From contig JBLWGC010000043.1 of assembly GCA_048772705.1 (NCBI GenBank), positions 372,001-436,000 on the forward strand: a DNA stretch of 64,000 nucleotides. The letters are read 5' to 3'. The translations under genes were made by a program, and so were the position numbers. Below the pieces are notes generated by a model, which did not search any database, was not told the DNA's origin, and saw nothing but the letters and a program-made list of their open reading frames with translations. This DNA comes from Leidyana gryllorum EB-2025a. Taxonomy: Eukaryota > Protista > Apicomplexa. Shown here in pieces: positions 25,301 through 35,500 of this stretch. The first letter of the stretch is position 1; each line of letters opens with the position of its first letter.

Positions 25301-28300
25301 CCTCCTTGGCTGCCCGCTCCTCGTCATCCGAGTCAGAGGTATCATCAGAACCGGTCGCTTCTTTGAGATTAGGTAGTTTTCGTTTGATCCAATACCCCTG
25401 GTGGTACATTATATCTCGTTTGATATGACAACCACGAAGTTGGGCAACTTTTACATTGACCGATTCAAATTTGTAAGTAACCTGAACATCCGTACACGAG
25501 AAGAAGAGCTCCCTTTTCTGCCAAGTAGCGATCCATTGAGGGACGCTCACTCTCAAAAGGCTCACCATCTTGCTGACTTCGGGGTCTTCTTCCTCGGACT
25601 CGTCAGTGTCTCCCTCAACCTCACTACCTAAGTCGGAGATGATGTCGGCGTCCTCATCATCGGAGTCCCCAGTTGTCTCGATAAGGATAGCTCCATGATG
25701 CAGTAGCTGACGCGCGGTCAGAGCGACATATATCAAAAAGCCAGCAGAGACGCGGTGGACGTATTCCACCAACTCCGGAGGGAGATCACGTTTGGAGAGT
25801 TGCAGACAATGCGCGAGGAAACTACGCGTTTCTGCTTGACTGAGTTTAGCTGCGATACAGAAAGCAAAGTGACCGTTCTCCGCATACTGACTAACCCATT
25901 TGCATGTATGTGCCGCATTCTTGAGCCCATGATATAACATTCTGCTGCTCCAGAATATGATCTGTTGACTCTCTGCAGACACTCAAAGTATGCAGCCACC
26001 GTCGAGCAAGGAGGAACCTACGTGGCAATCAAGGCCAAGACAAACGGCGGGAAGTAACGACTCGGCGGGGGACGGCATCTATTAGTCCACTTAGTCTTGA
26101 CCCATTCCCCGGTCACGGTTTGGTAGGTTGGAGGCAAACCTTTACACCAAGCGCATTGCCAACTGTGCTTTCGTCGCCATTTACGCAGGACCTGGAGATC
26201 TGTTTCGATCCTCCTACGTCTCCGCAACATAGCCATATGTCCTAGTAAATTCAGAACACGCCAACTCTCTGCATCCATCTGCAAATACGACGCTAAGTCG
26301 AAACGCTGATGCCAAAATCCCCCTCACCGAAGCGAACAAGGAAGTCCCACTTCTGACGTGCAGACACACGATAGTTGGTTCATACATTGAGAATCCATTG
26401 ACCAGCGAGCATACGGCCGGAACCACCGCTCCACTCTGATTGAAAGCCTCATCTTGGGATAGAGCTTCGAGCGTAAGATCAGCAGTGGTTCCAGCTGGTT
26501 TCGTTTTGGGGCTATCAGATGGCGACGGATTTGCTGCAGCTGACCACGCTGTGTCTATGGCACATACTTTCTCCTTACAGCTCTTTGTGACAAATAATCG
26601 CTTGATCTTTCCTCCAATACTCCCACTCCTCCGTACATTCTTTGTCGATGCTAAACACACAGATTCCATATGCGTGCCGGACTGCGTCTTACATAGTTCA
26701 TTAGGATACTTGTGCTCAAATTTGCCGAGTGGTTGATTTTCTGGAACCTCTCGTGGTAATACTAACCCATGGATGACAGACTTCATTGCACAAAGTCGCC
26801 TGTGTGGAATCAACGCATGAAGAGAGTGCTGTTCGGTCAGCCAACCTCACCAGTGGAATAAGGGATGGATCAATTCTTTCGCCAGCCCATATACAGAGTT
26901 ATCTTGTTCTACTTTGGTAAGGGCGCGGGCTTCACGACCGGGAGCCGTGCGCCAACGTTCCACCATTTCGGTGCACAGTTTGCGCCAAGCCAGAAGAGGT
27001 ACATTGGAGATCGGCAAATAAGCAGATTCCGGCTGAGGAAGTAGACACACGCAGTGACACACACTACCGAGACACCGGAACTTACCATATTGCTGCACAC
27101 GAAAACATGCTTCTCCGAGGCCTCACCAACTGATTTCAAGTGGCTGACGAGTTCCAAAGTCCCTTCAATTTCCTTTCCCTTTATCATTACAACGCCACCT
27201 ATTGATCATCATTATTCATTAAGCAAAAGCTGTGACTACAGCATACCCAATTCGACTGTGTGCTTTAACACAGGTAACCATGGGTCAGCAATTTCCCAAG
27301 GCATAACAGGCCCGAAGCATTGAGGATAATCTAGTGCTGGCTGGTCAAAGCCAAAGACAAATGGGCGGTATCGTTCTTTGGGTAGAAAGATGCGACGTAT
27401 CATCCGTGCATATCGCCATTGCGGCCATTCAACAATGACGGGGTCCTAATGGAGAGTGGAATGAGTGAGAGTTGACGGTGATGCTTCTTACAATGCCTGT
27501 CCGTTCATCCGCCCGTTTCAAGCGGCCGGTTGGTTGATACATCGATACGGGTTTCGCTTTTCCCTTCATTTTGACTGGCTCCAAGGCTTTAAACTCAATG
27601 GCCGGGTCACAGAGGTCTCGAGTTGTTCTGTTGAGACGAAGGCATGATTTCGAGGCTCGAGAGAAGCAGGAAGTCTCACTGATCTACGTTAACTTCGAAG
27701 TTGCCCGTCTTCTGCATTAATCGAGCAGCGAGATTAACGGTATCTCCCAAAGCTGTGTACTCTTTCCTTCGGTCGCATCCAACAGTCTGTTGCAGAAATG
27801 TTTGATTGAGATTTCAGGGCCTCAAGGTGGCTCACCCCGACCCATACACGGCCTGTGGCAACTCCAATACCACCAGTGACACCCAGTGAAGGCAGTCCAG
27901 TGATAATCCGCATTGATGTGAGTACGGCTCGAATAGGATCGTCCAAGTGATAAACGGGCGGTAAACCGAACATGATCAATACTACCACGCCTTTGTCGTC
28001 AACGGAGAATTTATTAACACTCCCTTCCTGTGGAGCAGTTTATAGAGGAGGCGATCCCGATATATATTGTACCATAATGTATGCCGCCTTCTGAGCGAAT
28101 TGCATGAGCTTATGGGCTGCCAGGGATCCTCGGTCCGTCGAGACGTCCAGTCCCCGAACGGACACGAAGACCACAGACAGTTGTCGCAACTCATTGGTGA
28201 AAACATTGTAACCAGCAGTCAGGCGTTTGAAGATGGCAGGAGGAATAAAACTGATAGATGGTGAGTTTCGGCGTTGCCCTCTTTAGCGAGTGGACGTACC

Positions 28301-29174
28301 GTCGAAGGAGTTCAACATCGGTCTCCTCGAGTTGGATTGCCATGAGAGGGGGTGGAGCTTCTACACGCGGCCCTCTGAGATCGATGAGTTTGGCAAAGTC
28401 ACTATGGGGGGCTTCCAGAGGCTCTATTTCTGCTCCTTGCTGAGTTTGGATTGAGGTGGAGTAGTAGAAGAAGTGCTTACCTCGCCCCCCAACGCTTCAA
28501 TGACAGCAGGGGACAGTACAGTCTCTCCAGAGGCCGCGAGCGGCTCGGCCACGGAGATCTGTTCCATTGGCGGGCCAGCCACCACATACTCCCAACGATC
28601 CAAACTGCCGCCGACCTGCAGGATGGTGATTTTGCCGAAGCCGACGCCAATGTGAAGCGTGAACACTTTGTCTTCCACACCGGTAGCAAATCCGCTTAAT
28701 TTATCGTGTAAGTCCAAACAACATTGACAGGCCATTTGGCAAGCCTTCAATTTATCTATGATGAAACGGGGTCCTCGAGAGTCCTCTTCCTCAGATTCTC
28801 GACCTGATCGGGTGTGATGTGTTGCCTGAAAAGGGTCACCTACTGTCGGGAGGGCCCACGTCCGCTTCAGGGTCGTCGCAGCCCCAGACGACGGTTACTG
28901 CGTCGCCGGCGAACTTGATGATGTCTCCACCCCAGTAGTCGACGACCTCGATCAGATTACGGAAAAAATCATTGATACAGTTGCCGAGGCGTTCTGCCCC
29001 GTCTTCTTCCTGTGCCAAGGCTTCCGTCACGGCGGTGAAGCCACTGGCGTCACAGAAGACGACGGCGGCCATACACCGGTCAACTATGATATCGAAATCA
29101 TCAGAGTACTTGATTTTTCCGTCAACAACAGCTTCAAGTACTGCACGAGGCACGAAGCACGAGAATTTATCCAT
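22389..29174 (-). CDS. Soluble-type (sAC/AC-beta-like) class III adenylyl cyclase with two catalytic domains and a C-terminal STAND-like region; many exons, both ends approximate
   Basis: C1: VFCDASGFT, GGDIIKFAGDA, LHIGVGFG, RWEYVVAG. C2: NKFSVDDKG, FGLPP, GVATG, EYTALGDTVNLAARLM. Downstream MDAESW, AKTASVF and YRFASTAFQHVLADLL..ER motifs. May splice further upstream to the ATG at 29514. Confidence 0.85.
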
Positions 29175-29546
29175 TGCGAAATATCGTCCGAGGTGTTCGG
29201 CGACCCGCCGACTCGGTTGAGCTCGTCGATGTGTTGTCTGAAAGCCTCTTTCACTCTTGTATGTTAGCCACATCCAATTCTGAAGGGCATTTGAGCATAT
29301 GTGCGCTCTGGAACTTACGTACTTCCGCCAGTGAGTCCTCTATCCGATTAGTATGTTTGAGTTGGGGGGCTCTGACCGGCGCACATCGAAACTCTTGACG
29401 ATCATTTGCTCCATAGAATTGATCATGTTGGGCAGTGTAACTGGAGGGATCTGGACGACTCCGACTGTCTTGGCTGGCCTGTGAGGCACCTTCTCTCCGA
29501 CGCGTCTCTGACATGATGGAGAAAAAAATTCCTCTCCACTTTGGGA

Positions 29547-32500
29547 ATGTTCAGCCAGCAAGGGGGCTTCGGGGCTGCAAACAATGCGTTCGGTCAGCCC
29601 CCCCAACAGTCCACCTCGATGTTCGGACAACCCGCCACAACGCAATCGACCACATCAGGGGGCCTCTTCGGTAACACTTCCAACATCAGTCCCTTCAGCC
29701 AAACCCCGCAACCCAGTAAGTGGTGTATCAGGACGACTTTCAACCCTCTTCTCCCTCACAGCGGCCTCTCCATTCGGCCAGCAGAGTACTTCTGCCTTTG
29801 GTGGCACTAACACCTCAACATTGGGCGGCGGAGGATTATTCGGCCGTCCCTCCACATCCACAACAGGTTCAGGACTTTTTGGCGCCACAACCGCCCCCAC
29901 TAACACTGGCGGTTTGTTCGGCCAGCCTGCTGCTGCGAGTCCTTTAGGAGCCGTCACGCCTCTGGGTAATGTCTCCACCGGAACGGCGGGCTTCAAGCCA
30001 AGTGACATTCATGACTCCACACTTGGCGGTAAAATGACCAATATAATGTCTCTCCCCGCAATCAATGAGAAGAATAAGGTATGCACGACCCTCAATCACT
30101 CTTCTATTACTGTCATTGCCTCAAACTGCAGTCTCTCGATATGCTGAGATGGGAGGATTATCAGAATCCGAATCAAACTAACACCGCCCAAGTGGGAGGA
30201 GGGGGCGTCTTTGGTCAGACTGCAACTCCAGCCACAGGAGGAGGGGGGCTGTTCGGATCCACCAACAACACCTCCAACACCATGCAGGGCGGCCTTTTCG
30301 GAGGCCAAAAGCCCGCCACCGGGGGCCTATTTGGAACCACGAGTACCACCGGTACCACAAGCGGAGGACTATTCGGAGGCCAAACTCAAACTGGAACCGG
30401 CGGACTCTTTGGGAGCACCCCGGCTCAGCCAGCTGCTGGAGGGATGTTCGGAGCTCAAACTCAGAATGCGCCTTCTGCGGGCGGTGGGCTATTTGGGGCC
30501 CAAAACAATGCACAACCGACGACTGGTGGACTCTTTGGCGCTACCAACACTACGAACACCACCGGGAGCAGTGTCTTTGGAGGATTGGGTAACACATCGC
30601 AAACGGGAGGACTATTCGGAAGTACACCCGCAGCCCAGCCACAGGGATTATTGGGTACGGCGACCCCTCAACAGAACACAGGAGGCCTTTTCGGGAGTAC
30701 AAACACTGGAGCCACCGGAGGTCTCTTTGGGGGCGGAGGAACGACTAACACTGGAGGCGTCTTTGGCGGTCAAACGCAGGCGACGGGTGGTCTTTTCGGC
30801 CAAACTGGCCAACAACCCGCCGCAACTGGGGGTCTATTCGGGAGCACCAGCCCTGCACAACAACAACCTGCGACCACAGGCGGTCTGTTTGGCGGACAAG
30901 GAGGAACCACAGGAGGACTGTTCGGCGCCACCGGCACCACAAGCGCGTTCGGAGCACCGAATCAGACGCAGCAGCAGCCCCAAACCGGCGGTGGGCTCTT
31001 CGGAAGCACTACGCAAACTAATACTGGCGGCCTCTTTGGAAGTACGGCTCCCAAGACCGGAGGACTCTTCGGCAGCACCACTCCTACGGCGCCCACCACG
31101 GGCGTGGGTCTCTTTGGCTCGACCGGAACCGCTGGAACGGGCGCGGGCGGTGGCCTGTTCGGTGCGACGACTAATACGGCGCAACCAAGTGGAGGAGGCT
31201 TATTCGGGGCAACTACCACACCCACTACAACGGGAGGCCTTTTCGGCGCCCAAAATAATCAAACGGCCCAGCAGCCGCAGGCAGGCGGAGGGCTTTTCGG
31301 CGCTACGACGACACCCGCGACGGGTGGTCTATTCGGCAATACAGGTGCAGCGGGCACTGCTACTGGCGGTCTGTTCGGGGCCACACAAGGCACCCAACAG
31401 CCCGCCCAGACTACAACGGGCGGACTGTTCGGATCTACGCAACCCAATGCAACGACTGGTGGCCTCTTCGGCTCCACCGGGACGGGCACTGGACAGACTG
31501 GAGGTCTTTTTGGAGGCCAACCAGCTCAACAGCCCGCGGCTACCACCGGGGGTATGTTTGGCAACACCGGCGCCACCGGACTGACCGGGACCGGCACAAC
31601 TGGAGGTTTCTTCGGTAACACCACTCAGCAGGCTGCTGGGCAACAGCCACAGGCCGGCGGTGGAATCTTCGGAGCAACGAACACACAGAACCAAACCGGC
31701 GGGCTCGGTTTCGGGGGCGCCTTTGGTGCCCAGCCCACCACCTCTGCAATGGGCGGAGGTATGTTCGGCAATAACGCCACTCCGTTCGGTGGCCTCCAGC
31801 AGCAGCAGCAGCCACAGCAGCAGCAGCAGCAGCAGAACGCAATGCAACAACAAGGAGGTTTGGGTACTGTCTCTGCTGCGGCCCCACAAATGGGCTTCAA
31901 CGGGATGATGCAACAACAGCCGAATATGAATATGCAGAATATGCAGAATATGGGTCAGTTTGCCCAACCTATGACAGCTTTCCAAGCGGCTTACAGTGGT
32001 CAGTTGGGCCCTCTGATGCCGGGTATGGGCGTAACAGCCGTTTACGGAGCGAGTGGGCCCTTCTTTGCCGGGCTGCCTCCGCCTGATCCATATGGAGTAT
32101 CAAGGCTCGCTGTGGCCAACGCTGCCAGTCTAATTTGGGGTCGACCCTTTACCCCCACAATGCCGAAATCAGAACCCACATTGATTACTGACACCGACAT
32201 CACAAGTCTGAACTGGCGTCCTTTGCCCCGTGGAGGGTACGGAAAGGATACGTCCAAAGAAGCAGCTGCCGCTCCGCGTGAGCCGCAGACCCCGCAGAGA
32301 GCGGCTACACCCCCGATACAGCGTCCGGCTGCGGGAGGAACGGACCGTCCAGTGTCTCCATTCGCCGGCAGTACGGCGGCCTTAGCCAATGAGCCGTCTT
32401 TATCACACCGTCGAGTGTCTGTCCAAGCATCTGGAGCTGAATCTCGCGATGCTGCAACTCCCGAAAACGTATTGGCAGTGGCTCCTGTGGAGTCGACTGC

Positions 32501-35500
32501 AATGGTGCTGGCGCGGCCGTCGGCACAAGACGACTACGTGCCTTGGCTTCAGGCCATAGCGGCCGCCAGTCCGACGGGCAATCGACAAAAGCAATTGGTG
32601 CAAGTAGAAGATTTGACATTGAGTGTAGCCGATCCGTCTGGAGCCGGCAATCGAGTGATCCCCGTTTCGTCTTTGAGGACCACTGCCTCGCGGGTTTTGA
32701 TTCCCAAACTCCGAAATAAGGAGTACAGCACTCGTCCGACCATTGAGGCGCTGTCGGGTTTCACTGAAGCACAACTAGCAGAAGTGCAAGACTTTACCGT
32801 CATACGCGACGGACTGGGCGATGTGGTGTGGCCAGGCTACACTGATGTCCGAGGGCTCGACATTGATCTCATCGTGGACATCACTCAAGGGGCCGTGGAC
32901 GTCTATGGTGCTAAGTGGGAAAAGGAGATGAAGGCTCGAAAAGTTGGAAAGAAGGTTGCTGACCTCACCCCTGAGGAATTGGATTCCATCCCGCTCGAGC
33001 ACCCTACGGTCGGAACTGGACTGAACAAAAAGGCGGTCGTCACCCTTTATAACTGTCTGTAAGTCGATCTAAATGTCACCACTTTGTGTGTCCACAATCC
33101 CCTTCCGCAGTGTCACCTCGGCTGACTATCCGTACCCCGTCTCCTTCTTGGACGTTGTTGAGGCGCTCAAGAGCCATTGCACACAGCTGGGTGCCGAATT
33201 TGTCTCCCTCACTCCGGATTATAAATGGAAGTGAGTTGGCAGAGACGTGTGGGCTCGTTTGGCTAAATGTGTGCTTCTTTTTGACAGGTTCGCGGTTGAG
33301 CACTTCTCTCGGTACGAGTTTCCTCGGCGATATTGGGGTAAGGAGCGGGCCTTGGCGGCGAAAAGGAGGCGACCCCGGCGAATGCAGCTTGATATGAGCT
33401 CACATCTCCTCTGTGAGCGGTTCTCCAAGGCGGAAGGTTTACCCCAAGGCACCCACAAGATGACCAAACTACTCTCGGCTAATCGTGAGCGGTTGGAAAC
33501 AATGCTGGAAATGGCCCAGACTGCTTTCGTGCAGTTACAAAGAATGATGGGCGATGCTCAGAACAAATCAGAGACAGTGAAGAGGTGGATGTCTTCCGGA
33601 GTTGATACCCAACTGGCCCTCAAGCTGCCGGGTGCAGATACTACCGACAAGGATTGGTTACCCCCACCTAATGATTTATGGACCGTCGAAGAGCCCCAAC
33701 AGGGACCCAAAAGAGACTCACGCATACTGCGATTGCTCGATGAGGGAGATACAACAGAACTGTCCGGTGACGGAACGCTCTCACGAGGCGTCCTCCAGCA
33801 TCTAGCCGAACTCATGGCACTCCCACACAGCCGACTCAACAGACTGAGCATCCAGGCACGCATACTGCAGATTGTCAACGCTTTCACCGAACACAAAGTC
33901 GCGGCCTCAGACGACATCGAAGTGTACACCTCAGAGCTGCAATACGGCCTGGCTTTGTTATCACATGGCTCCCGCAAGATGGCTGCCACAACCAAATGGC
34001 TCACTAGACGATGCCTCGAAGAGGCCGAGAAGATATACCCCAATGGCGAGGTCGAACGAGAATCACTCGCCGATAGTTTACGAGCTGCAATGCTTTTCAT
34101 CTTGGCCCAACAGGTAGCCTGTCATACGTCTCAGTAATCCAACTATCGAACACCCTTGCAGGAAGACTGCGCTGCTAATATCCTCATCGGCGAATCCCTG
34201 TCCAACGAGTACACACCCCCGCGTGCGGAGTTAGCTCTGCCTCGCCTGGGCGCTATCGTACAAGCATCCGCTGTCAAGCGACAAGCAATCCCTTCCTTGG
34301 CAGAACAGCTCAAGTCCATTCAATCTGACCCTGCCGCCATGAACGCCTACGACCAATCGGTCTTGGACTTGATGCTTCTTCTGACGGGCCGGATAGACGT
34401 ACGCATGATACTCCGAATGCCCTCATGGCACTTCGTCTTCCAAGCAATCTTGACCTACTCATGTGATGCATCCGGATTGAATTCGCAAACGGATGTTCTC
34501 ATACACACCGAAGTGGTAAGTCATAGGCATCCTTACCTCTCCCTTCCTCCTGAGTCTGGCTCCTGATCACCGGCAAGGTAAGTTGCGCAATGCGCGAAAG
34601 GATATGCACATCCGCGCGTATAAATCTGTGCTCGAGTATCGGCTTTGCACTTAGCGTTGAGCTTTTTGTGCAAGCTCATGTGCACCGATTATGCTCCGAG
34701 GTATCACGCAGCACCCACCGGTTGCACACAGACTGCAATTCTCTCTGCAAATCGGTGCACACGATGTGCATCTCGTGTGCCAAATCCGTGCACACACTTT
34801 GCATCTCGTGTGCCAGTCTCGTGTGCCAATCTCGTGTGCCAATCTCGTGTGCCAATCTCGTGTGCCAATCTCGTGTGCCAGTCTCGTGTGCTAATCTCGT
34901 GTGTCAGTCTCGTTTGTTACTGCCGATCTCGTCTCTCATTCTCGTGTTTGACTTCTGCGTCGTGGTGTAACACGTCACACTCTCGTGTGACTCTCGTGTA
35001 ACACACTCGAGTATCACTCTCCGTGGAAGCCTCTTGTGTGAGTTCTGCTCTTCTCGTGTGCCAAATGGCGTGTGACTCGTGTGTCAGGTGCCCATGTCTC
35101 GTATGTGCCATCTCTCACAGTATGTGCCATCTCTCACAGTGTGTGCCATCTCTCACAGTGTGTGCCAACTCCCGCACTGTGTGTGCCAACTCCCGCACTG
35201 TGTGTGCCAACTCCCGCACTGTGTGTGCCAACTCCCGCACTGTGTGTGCCAACTCCCGCACTGTGTGTGCCAACCCTCACAGTGTGTGCCAAGCCGCACA
35301 GGGTGTGCCAACTCCCGCACTGTGTGTGCCGTCTCTGACCAAGTGTCATTTTGTCGTCACTTCCTCATCTTCCGAGTGGGTTCCCCATTGTCTGGGTTGT
35401 ATTGTTTTGGGCACATCGGTGCTAATCCCTTGTGTCTCTCCGCGCTTCACGGTCCGTTCCTTCACTCCTCTTGTGCTTCAAGTCCTGTTTAATTTCCGCT

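Noticed and set aside
30096-31985. Alternative-frame and antisense ORFs over the GLFG region
   Set aside because: Shadows of repetitive Gly/Thr/Gln codons in NUP98.
34804-35330. CRISPR array
   Set aside because: The units are contiguous tandem repeats with no unique spacers, there are no cas genes, and the context is eukaryotic.
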